The notes below the pieces were generated by a model. It did no database searches. It saw only the letters and a list, made by a program, of their open reading frames with translations, and had not been told where the DNA came from. Shown here in pieces: positions 13,478 through 27,130 of a stretch of DNA of 64,000 nucleotides (the stretch's first letter is position 1; every line of letters starts with the position of its first letter). The stretch spans positions 1,752,422 to 1,816,421 of the forward strand of contig NC_092678.1 of the NCBI RefSeq assembly GCF_964355755.1, given 5' to 3'. The DNA is from Antedon mediterranea (taxonomy: Eukaryota; Animalia; Echinodermata). The translations under genes were made by a program, and so were the position numbers.

Positions 13478-16400
13478 TTTCTGTCATTGCTATTAAAGAA
13501 AGCATTATTACAATGTAAAACGTACAGCCGTTTTAGTGTGATTTTTATTCTTAAAACCGATGTCAGTCAAACGGTTCAAAATTGATAAACTGAAAATTCA
13601 CGTATAATTACCGCTGAATAAAGTTTTGATGCTACAGAAAATCCCTGCTTTGGGACACTTCCACTCGAAATGAGAGGGAATATGCTTTAACCTTACGGCA
13701 AACTAGGCCTACTCAGGGGACACCTATTAAGGGACAGGAGCACTTTTGAGTGTGCCAAATGATTGATTCAACCCCTATTGGGGGTGAAAATATATACTAT
13801 AATAACAAAAAATACTTATAATTATATTAATTTATATCGTTATTATTATTAATAGACCGTACATCAATTACCACTGGGGTTCTACACCTTCTTAGACTAG
13901 TCCTTTTGTTCCAGACCACTTCCTAATCAGATTCAATAAAAAATGGATTAGGTTGAGTTCAGTAATGGTGGGCAGTGATTGAAGAGTACTACCCTTACTT
14001 TGAATGCAGAAAGAAATGAATATAGACTGCCCCGCAATCTGTAGTCTGATATCTTTTACTGTATAAAACATTTCCTCATGAAAACAAAAATTGTTATAAT
14101 GTACTTTGTTCAATGTATCATGTTTTTACATATTTATTTATGTTGTTATTTGGAGACAAGGAGAGACCAGATAGAAACATAGCCGCTAAGGATAGTGGCT
14201 AATTTGGCGGCCTCCACTTTAACTAATCTTAATTTACAAAAATGTTGCTTAACATATTTACTGGATTTTCCAGAATGTTGTCATGATTGTATGAAGGAAA
14301 TTAGTATTTCCTCAGGGCTTTATGTATAAATAGGCCGGCCAGATTGGTTTTCCCCCAAACTCTCTCGTATAGGCTGCGGTAGATTGACTATACAGTAAGT
14401 ACAATATATTCATTTTAAAATTCGATTAAGCGGTGATTTTAGCAAGATTAAAGTATTAATGTTATTCAGAAATTGTTTTTTTAATGGTCGCAGTAAGTCA
14501 TATAAAAGCATTTTGAAAAATGACTTTAGTACAAAGAAGCAAATTTAAGAATGTCATAATAAATTAAAATATATAATAATTGTTTTTATTTAGTTTTATA
14601 CATAAGGTTGTTTTTTTCATTTGCGTTGAATCTGAGTGATGTGAAGTCTTTTTAATGTTTGGTCTTATTCGACTCTTTATATCTTTTTATGTAATTCAAT
14701 TGTTACCATTGAGCAACTAAAATGTTCACAAAATTACAAAGACCGTACGGTAAACGTCGATTTCCCATTGGATCTCCGAATCAACGAGCTTTACATAGTG
14801 TAAGCTTTAATCACGTTCTGCTTCTCGGAATTTCATACAACAAGGAATCACACAACATGACAATTTCCCTAGAAATAAAGTTAACATTTTCCGGTATTTT
14901 TTTTATTTTTTTTTTATTTACCCATAAATATAAAGTATAAATATTGTAACATATATAAAACAAGGGCTAAAAAATAGCTAAAACTAATCAAGTAGAGCCC
15001 CTAAACATTGAAAAATAGTTATATAAATAAATTCGGGCTACCTTTCTAAAAATTAATATACATAAAACATTTTTTTGTTAAACGTGTATAGGCATAACAA
15101 TTCAACATAAATTGAATTGTCAGTTTTTTCACTCAACTTATCACACGTTTTAATTTGTAGTTTTATTCTGTTACACAATAATATTCACAATCTATGGATG
15201 TGTTTCATTCTTATGCGACATGTAGTTATCGTTTTATCTGTGTATTAAAAAAAAACAAATATAAGGTCTAAGTACAAGAACATTTTTTTTCTTCTGGTTT
15301 TGACCTTATTTGCGGTTTTATGCAACTCTCATTTTTATTTATCTTGACCGTATTGAAATAAACTGTGCTGTCGCGTAACGAAAGGAACTTACAGAAAACC
15401 TGTCATATATACATCGTACCTTCTAATTTTGAAATCTAACTCAACTAGATAAAAGTAAATTGGTTATTACAATGTCGTACAATCGCTCATGTCCATTTTT
15501 CATGATAATATGGTCGTTAGGCCTATATGTATTACGGTAACATTTTCACATGAAAGCAAAATCTTTTCGAGAGATCTTAAATGTTCTATTTTGCCATCAC
15601 ATAGTTTACTATGGGAATAAGATAACCTTGTTTTGACGACTTGTAATCCTCTTTCATAATTAAATGAACAGTAAAGAATTCACGGTAGCTTGGTTTCGAT
15701 TCCGATAAAACTACTACTGAAAGTGCTAAAATGTGCTAAGGAAAAATTTATTTTTAGAATGGAGATGAAAGGCAATCCGATCTGATTCTTCCTAAAATAA
15801 TCCTTATAAATTTAATCAAATCATTCTGTCAAAGTTGGTAATTTAACCATAGTTCTATATTTATATCGATAGTCATTGATTTGTTGTCTTGAGAATCCAC
15901 ATCTCTAATTACCTAATAATCAGACAAAAAAGTATAATGTGCGTACAAAGGCATAATGTTATAAAAAAAAAAGGTATCGATATATTTGGATTTCACAACT
16001 TCAACGGGTTTACCGTATTCATAGTCTTGGTTTTATGTTTTTAGAATTCCTTATAACGAATACGAACGACTTCAAATTTCATAAAGCAAGGTAAGAAAAC
16101 CTATTTTTCAAAAGAAAATGGATTCTATAAATGATGATTGCATTCATTATGCGAGAAATTATTTAAAGATTTAAAGAGTATTGTCCATTGAAACACAAAA
16201 AATGAAGGTCAAAATATTCTAAATTTAAATTGGCCATTTCAAAGTAATATTAAAGTTATTAACTTTAAGTCGAAAATTTGAGCCAAAAACAACATGTTTA
16301 CGTAATTAACAGGTAAATTAATTTTATTTTTTTAAATTTTATTTTGTCTGGAAAATCCTCGCGAGTGAAACCACGAGTATGCATTATGCATGATGCTAAT

Positions 16401-17155
16401 TAGGATGGTTTACAACTCGTCACGATTGAGAAGGTGTTTTCATACAGATCGCGAGGAAGTTTTATGATTATGCATACAGAGTAGCCAAAAAAGCGTGTTG
16501 CATTATGAGATATGTTTTGATCGAAAACTTTGACTGGAAGTCAAAGTTTTTAACAAAGAAACGAAATAACCCACTTTTTTTCGAAATCTTTTTTTTTTTT
16601 TTTTTTTTTTGGAATTAGTCAAAGGGACAATAACATCTTTAACCAAGGGAATTTGCAAAAATAGTTTTTTTGGTCAGCTATAACCATACATATCTTTTGT
16701 GCGTTTTTTTTTCTCCAAGATCCAATAAGATATATATATAAATATGACTGTGGAGATAACATTGTTTACCTCCTTGATATACTGTAACTGGTAGTAAAAC
16801 ATGTGAATTACGGATTAACAAATATGGTATCGTTTCGCTCATGATCGTCGTTAAGACGTCATCATTTGCAAAGTAATGGGGCATTTTTCTAATTTCCCCG
16901 TAGGTGCCGACCGGTCATGGGCGACCTATATTGATTTTACTATATTATGTACATATTTTTGTTGTAAATGGTATCCACTTCTTCTTTTGGTACTAACTAT
17001 TTAACATTGTAATTGTGAATGAATACAATTATAAGAATTTGCAACAGTGTTCCATTTAATTTGCAAATTCGTACAGTACTTTTCATAATGTTCTTTAGTC
17101 TTTCTTTGGTTTGAATTAATTAATACTGTAACATTTATATATAATTTTTAATAGG

Positions 17156-17810
17156 ATGTTCACATGTGAAGCAGGTGACCTGATTGCGGTGTATCGTAAT
17201 CACCGTTACCCTTACAGTCATTGGGGTAATTTTTTTATTTTTATAAATGTTTGTTGTGTTGGTAGATGTTGAGTGGTCGGTGCAACAATACCAATGATTC
17301 TGTTTCTTTAGGCCTACACTACGTCATTTTTGTCCTGCCATGACATTCTCTAAAAACGATATATTTTTGCCGCAAAACATTAACATTTTACTAAACAATT
17401 ATATGTGGCCTTTCTGAAAGTATTGTTTCAAATAAAAAACAAGCATTATATATATTAAAACTACAGGAGTATACATTGGTAATGGTGAAGTTATGCACCT
17501 AACGGTGCCTGAAGAAAAAGTACACTGTGTAACATTGGATGAATTTGCAGGTAAAGATGTAAAAGAATGTGTACCATGCCCTCCTGATGTGAGCCGGAAA
17601 GAAGTTGTCTGGCATGCAAGATTAGTAGAAGGAAGAATGTTTAGAAATAAACCGTACGATGTGATGACGAACAACTGTGAACATTTTGCTCGTTGGTGCC
17701 ACGATAAAGCAAGAAGCGAGCAGTCGGAAAATGTTCGATGGTGGGCTGCTGCTCTTGCCGCACTCACTAGGCTTTTTAATATTAGATCTTTCAGTAGAAA
17801 TAAACAATAA
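17156..17810 (+). CDS. PLAAT/HRASLS-family protein, paralog 3, 137 aa
   Basis: Exon 17156-17225 (MFTCEAGDLIAVYRNHRYPYSHW) plus exon 17467-17810 (GVYIGNGEVMHL..NNCEHFARWC). Shorter loop and tail than the other paralogs. Confidence 0.9.
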
Positions 17811-19161
17811 GAAAAGATATTATATTAAATGCAATGTATTTTCTTGTTTGCTTTGTTTTACAATAATTTGCATATGTAGGCCATTTCAAATTCAAAACAA
17901 GGTTTAAACACTGTATACAATTTCTTTAATCTTCTGCAAAGAGCATTATTGTTCTTCATAATTATGTGGTGAGATAGGCCCAATTCACATACATAGCTCT
18001 AATAAAATATATATATATATTTAGAATATGTTTATAGACATTGACATTTTATGTGATTTCTTTTGATAAATATCAACATTTTAAAATTATTATCTATGTT
18101 TTTTCGACTAACTTTGATGGTGGTTGTTTCTACATCGAACGGTTTGCTGATGTGTTCAATACTATATTGGAAGACACCAATCATCTTCTTCATGGCGACA
18201 TTATCGGCACCGTTATCGATAGACGTGGTAGGATGAGGACGGTAAATGAGTACTCATTCTACCCAGCTGAGATACGAAATTATAACAAACGATTTGTAAG
18301 ATCTTTTTCCTTTATATTTAAGGCAAGCCAAGGTAATGAGCATTGTAATTTACATTAAATTTGATAACAGAAGGAATCAGTATTATGTACTGTAATTAAA
18401 TCATTTATCAGCTATTCTTTATCGTTTGTCAATATTAGCTTAAAATAAACTTTCGGAATTCTGCTTAATCTCATCAAATAGAAGATAACAAAGCATGATT
18501 GCTATTGTGTCTCCATCTGTTTTGGTTTTCCATTTTGAAACAAAAAATACTACAAACAAAAATACCCCACAAATAGATTATATAGGCATTATGTATTTAA
18601 TCTGTGATGTATGTATAAGGCCTATTATGTCTACATAATTTGGCATCAAGAAAAAACAAGACCTTTTTCGTCACTAAAGAATACTACTGAATTAGTTCCA
18701 CGTAATTAATATTTATATGCTAGTACGATTTATCACGATTTCTTGTACTTTGTAAAAACAGTATTTGGTTACCAACAGTAGTACCGTTTAATATTAATTT
18801 TCCAAAGCGGAGTTTATGTAAATATTTATACTTGTATAAAAATGTCCTCTCATGAAACGAGATGCAACACTATAAAAATGTTGAAATGTATAAATATCTC
18901 GATGCTTCGCACCGAAACTGAATTGGAGTATAAAGTTTAAAACGCATTCAATACTTTTAGCTCCTGTTTTATCATTATAGTTTTTGAAGCAAGGTAGGTT
19001 GGAAATTCGTAACATAATTCGTAATGTAATTTGAATTGTAGACTTAGTAAGATTAAAGTTAGGCCGAAATTTTGGAATATGGCCTAGCTGGTGACGTTGT
19101 TAAATTTATATTTGATTTTCTTCCAGACTGTACGGTAGTTGCATTGCCATTTTGTTAAGAC

Positions 19162-19897
19162 ATGTCTTATGTTAAAGCTGGAGACCTGGTCATTGTCAAC
19201 CGTACGTTGTACGACCACTGGGGTAAGTATTTGATTTGATTTTCAACATTGAATTAAAAATATCTGAATGCAAATAAAATAAAAAATTAATAAACAAAAA
19301 AACGTCATGTTTCATAAAAATATGCATTTTTATTCAAGGGTAAAATCCTTACAAAAGAGAAAAAAATGTATCGTGTCGTATCGTGACTAAAGTCCTAAGG
19401 TGCTATTGTTAATAATTTGGATTTTAGCTGTGTACATTGGTAATGGTGATGTCATACATCTGTCTGGAGCAGAGTTCAATATCAAAGCAAAAGAGACAGC
19501 ATACGTACATCGTGTGACATTTGAAGATTTCGTGCGTGACGATGACGCAGAAGTGGAATGTATACCATGCCCTCCTGACGTCAGCCGGAAAGAAGTTGTA
19601 AGACGTGCTAAAAGTGAGGAAGGACATTTCTTCAGAAATCGAAAATACAGTCTTGTTTTCAACAACTGCGAGCATTTTGCTCGCTGGTGTCACGGTAGAG
19701 CAGAGAGTAAGCAGGTACAAAATGTTCGTCCTTTGCGTCCAGTTGTTGATCACAGTGTCCGTGGAGTAGGCCTGCTACTTGGAGAAGAAGTATTTGAAAA
19801 TGTGAAAGCAGGCGCAGATAACATGCTATATAACACCATTGAAATCATTGATGATATTGTTGTGAATAATCCGCTTTTTCGAATGTTAAGATTTTAA
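19162..19897 (+). CDS. PLAAT/HRASLS-family protein, paralog 4, 176 aa
   Basis: Exon 19162-19222 (MSYVKAGDLVIVNRTLYDHW) plus exon 19428-19897 (AVYIGNGDVIHL..NNCEHFARWC). Triad intact. Confidence 0.92.
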
Positions 19898-20350
19898 AAC
19901 CATGTATTCTTAGTAAAACGTTTTACTTTAAGGAAACTAAATTAACTACTGTAATTAATCTTTCTGAAAATGTTTTTTTAAATATTTTTTTAGCCTATAG
20001 CCTAATAATGAATGATTTTAAAAAATAGGTTATTTTACTCTATAATTATCGTATTCACGGTAGCAACTTCGAAAAGGCCTATATTCATTTTATTTGCATA
20101 AATATACTGAATGCGCGAGAAATACATATATCCATAGGCTTGTATTTTTAGTAAAAATATATATATATATTGCTATTATGATAATATTTTTATTGCTACA
20201 TTGTGTTCGTCGAGTTTGCTTGCGCGTCGGACGTACGTAACATACTGAATTAAAATATCCAATATTACTGCTGTTTTTATCCTTTTGGCGTTCCATATTT
20301 GGATGACGCGTGACAAAAACGTATGAGAAGAAGAGGGCAGTATTGCTTCA

Positions 20351-20361
20351 AAGATGGCGGC
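20351..20361 (+). promoter_or_regulatory. YY1-type motif overlapping the AUH start codon
   Basis: AAGATGGCGGC matches the YY1 consensus common at housekeeping gene starts; CpG-richer promoter region upstream. Confidence 0.45.
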
Positions 20362-23300
20362 CCCCATAAGAAAGGTTTTGTCGTTATCCAGTACTCTCCA
20401 TAAAACACATTTTAAACATGCTTATGGGTCTGGGTTTAAAACACGTTATATATTTCGGTCAAATTTGCAATGTAGGAGCGCTTCAACGTCAGCAAATGAA
20501 CTAAATGTTAAATATTTAGAGGCAGAACATGAAGGTATGTAGCCTAGCTAGCTAGCTAGCTAGGCCCCTGCCCTGCTGAGCTGGGCCCTACTAGCCTATT
20601 GTTCCTTTCCTGTTGTTGATAGGAGGTGTAGGCCTACCTAGAGGCTAGAATAGGCCTTGCCCTTCGCTATAGGCTAGGCCTAGGTCTGCCTCACACAGGG
20701 TTTTCATATACTGAAGGTTTCGGGCTAGCCTATGTCGCCTTTGTTGTGTTGTATGTAGATATCTGTTTCTTTTAAGTGGCAACTTTCGTTGCTGTTGGTT
20801 TTAATAAAATAAAGTAAAATAGTGATATTTATTAAATAAAATTGTGCAGCTGTTGTGACACCTTGCACAATTTTGAATTAAAATAAAATATTGATTCAGT
20901 GAAATTTGAAACAGCACACTTAGGAATTACTTTCAATATTTGATAAATCCAAAAATGATAATTATAACCCTGCTATTTAGTGCTTTTTATATTATTCCTG
21001 GCCCTACATACTATAGCAAAATGATCGAAAATTTACTGGGAAGGTTTTAAACTACATTTCTAAACATTCCTGTAGTTTACTGTAGGCCTTTAAAGTACAT
21101 TAAATTCTAGTACAGTACTATACACAAAGTTATCCAATTATTGTTCTTCTCCATAGCTATTATTAATTCCTTGTTCTGTTATTTTGCCATTAGGTATAGT
21201 TGTATTTGGCATCAATAGACCAGCTGCCAAGAATGCTGTCAACAGAAGTGTTCTTACATTGGTGAGTTTTCTATTAGAAATGTACTAGTTTTCACTAAAT
21301 ATTTGTCAGCATAATAGAGTCGTTTAACGATTTCTGTAATTGTTTTTTGTTTCTTTAATAATAAAAAGAGTTTAGGATAAGAATAAGAATGTCCAGCTTC
21401 AGTATATTGAGTATTGTTATACTACTAGACAACTACTGTAGTCTGGCCACTACTATGTACTATATATTGTCCAGATAACTACTGTATATTGACCGGATAA
21501 CTGCTGAATATTGACCAGATAACTGCTGTATGTTGACCAGATAACTACTGTATATTGACCAGATAACTACTGTATATTGACCAGATAACTACTGTATATT
21601 GACCAGATAACTACTGTATATTGACCAGATGACTACTGTATATTGACCAGATAACTACTGTATATTGACCGGATAATTACTGTATATTGACCAGATAACT
21701 TCTGTATATTGACCAGATGACTACTGTATATTGACCAGATAACTACTATATATGGACCAGATACCTACTGTATATTGACCAGATAACTACTGTATATTGA
21801 CCAGATAACTACTGTATATTGACCAGATAACTACTGTATATTGACCAGATACCTACTGTATATTGACCAGATAACTACTGTATATTGACCAGATAACTAC
21901 TGTATATTGACCAGATACCTACTGTATATTGACCAAAGTATTGTATATTGACCAGATAACTACTGTATATTTATCAAACTACTGTAAATTTGGCAATTGT
22001 TATTAACTGAACTTTCCAAACTCCTGTGTATCTTGATTTTAGCTTATAGAAATGCATACATTTAATATAATAGAACAAATTGATTTTTCTTTCAGTTTGA
22101 AGAAGCAGTAGAGGCAGTTCGTTACGATAAGAATGTTCGTTCAGTAATCATAAAAAGCGAGGTTCCGGGAATATTCTCTGCAGGTAAGTGCCCTATTTTC
22201 TATTAGTTACTGATACTGTACAAAATGATACAAATCTTGCTGAAAAATGTAAAAATATATCTCTTCTCATATTTGTAGGAGCCGATTTAAAAGAAAGAGT
22301 AACACTGAGTCCAAAAGAAGTAGCATCATTCGTTGACAGACTTAGAAAATTTACGATGGACATCACTAACCTGCCTATGCCTGTCATTGCAGCCTTAGAT
22401 GGGACAGCAGTAGGAGGCGGCCTAGAGTTTGCCCTGGCCTGCGATATGAGGACAGCAAGTGAGTTATTGTGTACAGTATGGATCAAAACACTCTAATACT
22501 TGCTTTTCAACCTTAAAATACTTAAATAGAACTAAATTACACAACAAAAGTGGCGTTTTATCTCAAATCAATCAACAAGAACATATTTTCTTTAATAAAA
22601 TTAATTAATACCCAAGAGGTTTATTTCATTGAGAACTTTGTACCATTTTATTGTTTTATGATGTCTGTTTTTTTTTTGCTTGAATTTAGCTACAACAACA
22701 CAAATGGGTTTAGTTGAAACAAGGCTTGCAATTATTCCTGGTGGTGGTAAGTGTTTTTTTTTTTTATAAATTAAACATTTTTATCTTCAAGCACCAGACA
22801 AGAAAAGATTTTTAATAAGAGCATAGCATTTACATTGTATTGTATAAACAACTAGAAGATGTCCATTTTAGGTACCGTGTACAAAAATGAAATTAGAGGG
22901 AGCTATTACAATTTTATAACTTTTTTCATAGTTTAAACGCATGTTTATTTAATTTAAAAATCTTAATGTGAGCCCTATCACAAATTATTTACATAAAAAA
23001 CTTGACTTTAAAAAAAAAATTTTGTTACTGTTTAGGTGGAACTCAAAGGTTGGCTAGACTTGTAGGCCCATCTGTTGCTAAAGAACTGATCTTTACTGCT
23101 CGTGTTTTTAACGGGGAGAAAGCTGCTGAATTGGGCATTGTGAACCATGTTGTAGAACAAGATGATAGCAATGAGGCGGCCTACAAGAGAGCTTTGGATT
23201 TAGCAAAGGAGATCATACCACAGGTGACTTTCTTTCTATCCTAAACAGACATTTTCAGTTTTAGGATCTAAAATGCATTTTTTTTTTATAAATTACTTAC

Positions 23301-24552
23301 ACATTTTATACATTATTTAATTTGTTTTATTTGTTTTATTTTTTCAGGGACCAATTGCTGTACAGATGGCTAAACAGGCAATTAACAAGGGTATGGACGT
23401 AAGTATAGACATATAGTATAATACTGTAGAACCTCTATTAAGGGGACACTCTCAGGACCAAACAAAGTGTCTCCTTAATGAAGGTGTCCCCTCAATAGAA
23501 GTTAATTTTGGCCCTTATATGTTTCACAAGAAAGTGTCCCATTTATAGTGTGGACTATAGCCATGTATATATAGGATGCTTGAGTTAAGTCAAGTTAATT
23601 CATTACGTACAGTTAGGACGCCCTCTATTCCTCGACACAGTTTTGGTTTCTAGATCCAGGTAACAACCGACAATACATCTATGAATTTATCCTAAGTTGT
23701 CCTAGGTTGCAAATTGAAAGCTATAAACTATAAAATTACAGTTCTTGTTGTTTTTTATTACTGAGTTTTAATTAATATGCTTTACATACATAGGAAAATC
23801 AATTAATAATAATAAGTATTAAATTCAACATACATACACATTTAACAGACACACACACACATAGCAAAACAGAACTTGGCACAATTAATCTTTATGAACG
23901 ATGTAGTAATATTATTGTCTTGTTTTTGACAGGTGGACCTTACAAGTGCATTAGCTTATGAGGGCGCTTATTATGCCCAGGTACGTGTTTTCTTTCTTAT
24001 ATTTTTATAAAAAGTGCATATAGATTTAACTGTGATATCTCTGAAGAATAGAAATCAATAAAGATTGATTAATTGAAATCTATATAAAAATCCAAGACAA
24101 ATTATTGAAAAACACAACAATGCTGTATGAAAATGACTGGATGTCAAATGATCAAAATCAAAAAGCTAAATTAAAATGCAATAATTGTGGCCACCAATTA
24201 CTACTGCCCTCATGTGAAACAGCAGGATAAGTTTATTTTATCATTGTACCTTTGTACTGTCCTTGTTTTGAGACAAATAAATGAAATATATGAAAACTCT
24301 AGTTGTACAAGTTGTACTTCTGTGCCTTCAAATTTAGTAACCATCTGTAGTGACATTATTTATGTCTAATTGAGGTACACATAGTTACGCAGTCATGGTT
24401 GAAAGTTGACGCAATAACTACACGATGCAAGTTGCGACAAAAAATTCTTGTAATCACGTTTGATTTTATTTCAGGTGATTCCGACAAAGGATAGAATTGA
24501 AGCGTTGAATGCATTTAAGGAAAAAAGAAAACCGCAATTTAAAGGAGAATAG
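20354..24552 (+). CDS. AUH: Methylglutaconyl-CoA hydratase, mitochondrial (crotonase family), 312 aa
   Basis: Nine GT-AG exons: 20354-20534, 21194-21261, 22096-22183, 22279-22458, 22690-22746, 23036-23223, 23348-23398, 23933-23980, 24475-24552 (939 nt, TAG). Motifs [78 protein letters not shown]. Arg/Ser-rich N-terminus fits a mitochondrial transit peptide. Confidence 0.96.
21465..21970. repeat. 22-bp minisatellite (TATTGACCAGATAACTACTGTA) in AUH intron 2
   Basis: About 22 tandem units. Confidence 0.95.
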
Positions 24553-24734
24553 ATTTTTTTTAAGAGTTGGGGAAAAAAAAAAGCATGCGACTTATAATAT
24601 TTTAAGAGAGCAAAAGCATTATTGAAAAAAAAATTTTATCATGATGGAATTTTGATTCAAATTAACTGATAAATTTCTGTTGAGCACAAAGGTTTCTAAA
24701 TCAAATACGCCAGATGATAAGAAACTTAAAAAAA

Positions 24735-24879
24735 CAGAGCCGTAGCCACCAGTACGGTTGGTAAGGTTTCAACCTGACCACTTTTCACGGAGGCCTTTTA
24801 CAACCCAGTGGCTTGAGCAGAGATTATTCACTTTTCTTATGAAAACCGCCCCACTTTATTTCTTGTGGCTACATCACTG
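24735..24879. mobile_element. Short non-autonomous element with CAG..CTG termini downstream of the AUH stop
   Basis: cagagccgtagccac ... gtggctacatcactg imperfect TIRs. Confidence 0.5.
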
Positions 24880-25130
24880 AAAAGCTTTTGGGAAGTCTAT
24901 AATGCTAGGTCAATATCCTTATCGAATGCATGATGAATAAAGAAAACATTATCAACGATTCTTTGTCTTGTTATCAAAAATAATTGGTTGATTCAACCCA
25001 TTATGTTGTGATTGTGTAAACATTAAACCAGATAAATATAACTGAGACTAAATTAGTGTTATGAATTATTGATTTTTTAATGCTAATAGGTTGTATTTTG
25101 AATACAGATACAGTACAACAATCGTAGGAT

Positions 25131-25525
25131 CGTAGCTGGGTTGTAGTGGTGCTTTAGCTGGGTTGTAGTTTCACTGTAGCTGGGTTGTAGTGGCGCTTTA
25201 GCTGGGTTGTAGTTTCACTGTAGCTGGGTTGTAGTGGCGCTTTAGCTGGGTTGTAGTGGCGCTTTAGCTGGGTTGTAGTTTCACTGTAGCTGGGTTTTAG
25301 TGGTGCTTTAGCTGGGTTGTAGTTTCACTGTAGCTGGGTTGTAGTGGCGCTTTAGCTGGGTTGTAGTTTCACTGTAGCTGGTTTGTAGTGGCGCTTTAGC
25401 TGGGTTGTAGTGGCATTGTAGCTAGGTTGTAGTTTCACTGTAGCTGGCTTGTAGTTTCACTGTAGCTGGCTTGTAGTTTCACTGTAGCTGGGTTGTAGTG
25501 GCTCTGTAGCTGGGTGGTAGTGGCA
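25131..25525. repeat. 22-bp minisatellite with two interspersed variants
   Basis: TAGCTGGGTTGTAG followed by TTTCACTG or TGGCGCTT. Confidence 0.93.
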
Positions 25526-25869
25526 GTATAACTTGTTTGTAGGCCCTGTAATCTAGCTCTAGTCGCACTATACTAAGAATATTCCGAGGACAAACAGATT
25601 AAACGTGTTTTATCAGTTCTCTTGTATTGATTGTTTAATGTGCCACACAGAGGAATAATTTTCTATGGAGATAAGTTGTCACTAGGGGGTAGAACCATAG
25701 AATTAAGATAAAAGTTATTTAGGGGATTCCCCCAAACATGATGAACTTATCTACATGTAGATAAGCCCTATTCATACATTCTGCGTTTAATGTTTTTTAC
25801 GGTCTATTTACTTCGTTCATGAAAAAATCGTTAATCAATATAAAAGCAGGCCTAATATAAAAACCCTTT

Positions 25870-27130
25870 TATTTACGTGGCCCTTTATATATACGGTCCT
25901 ATATTTTCGTTTGCATGTATAGCAGCCTAGTTCTATGTCGGGCTTTAATCTCTTTATTTATGTGGCCCTTTATTTCTACGGTCCTATATGTTCGTTTGCA
26001 TGTATGGCAGTTTAGTTCTGTGTCGGGCTTTAATCTCTTTATTTATGTGGCCCTTTATTTCTACGGTCCTATATGTTCGTTTGCATGTATGGCAGTTTAG
26101 TTCTGTGTCGGGCTTTAATCTCTTTATTTATGTGGCCCTTTATTTCTACGGTCCTATATGTTCGTTTGCATGTATGGCAGTTTAGTTCTGTGTCGGGCTT
26201 TAATCTCTTTAGACTTTATTTATGTGGCCCTTTATTTCTACGGTCCTATATGTTCGTTTGCATGTATGGCAGTTTAGTTCTGTGTCGGGCTTTAAGCTCT
26301 TTAATTGTGTGGCCCTTTATTTCTACGGTCCTATATGTTCGTTTGCATGTATGGCAGTTTAGTTCTGTGTCGGGCTTTAAGCTCTTTATTTATGTGGCCC
26401 TTTATTTCTACGGTCCTATATGTTCGTTTGCATGTATGGCAGTTTAGTTCTGTGTTGGGCTTTAAGCTCTTTAATTGTGTGGCCCTTTATTTCTACGGTC
26501 CTATATGTTCGTTTGCATGTATGGCAGTTTAGTTCTGTGTCGGGCTTTAAGCTCTTTATTTATGTGGCCCTTTATTTCTACGGTCCTATATGTTCGTTTG
26601 CATGTATGGCAGTTTAGTTCTGTGTCGGGCTTTAAGCTCTTTAATTGTGTGGCCCTTTATTTCTACGGTCCTATATGTTCGTTTGCATGTATGGCAGTTT
26701 AGTTCTGTGTCGGGCTTTAAGCTCTTTATTTATGTGGCCCTTTATTTCTACGGTCCTATATGTTCGTTTGCATGTATGGCAGTTTAGTTCTGTGTCGGGC
26801 TTTAAGCTCTTTAATTGTGTGGCCCTTTATTTCTACGGTCCTATATGTTCGTTTGCATGTATGGCAGTTTAGTTCTGTGTCGGGCTTTAAGCTCTTTAAT
26901 TGTGTGGCCCTTTATTTCTACGGTCCTATATGTTCGTTTGCATGTATGGCAGTTTAGTTCTGTGTCGGGCTTTAAGCTCTTTATTTATGTGGCCCTTTAT
27001 TTCTACGGTCCTATATGTTCGTTTGCATGTATGGCAGTTTAGTTCTGTGTCGGGCTTTAAGCTCTTTAATTGTGTGGTCCTTTATTTCTTCGGTACTATA
27101 TTTTCATTTGAATTTATTGCAGTTTAGTTC
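25870..27130. repeat. 85-bp satellite, about 15 units
   Basis: Near-identical units starting GTGGCCCTTTATTTCTACGGTCCTATATG; explains the stack of repetitive ORFs. Confidence 0.96.

Noticed and set aside
14160-14220. Hairpin resembling a LINE 3' stem-loop
   Set aside because: No recognisable RT remnant or tail adjacent to it.
18041-18358. 105-aa ORF with a GDII word resembling PLAAT exon 1
   Set aside because: No His motif, no matching splice sites and no recognisable homology.
9343-19753. Minus-strand ORFs overlapping the PLAAT exons
   Set aside because: Antisense shadows of real coding exons.
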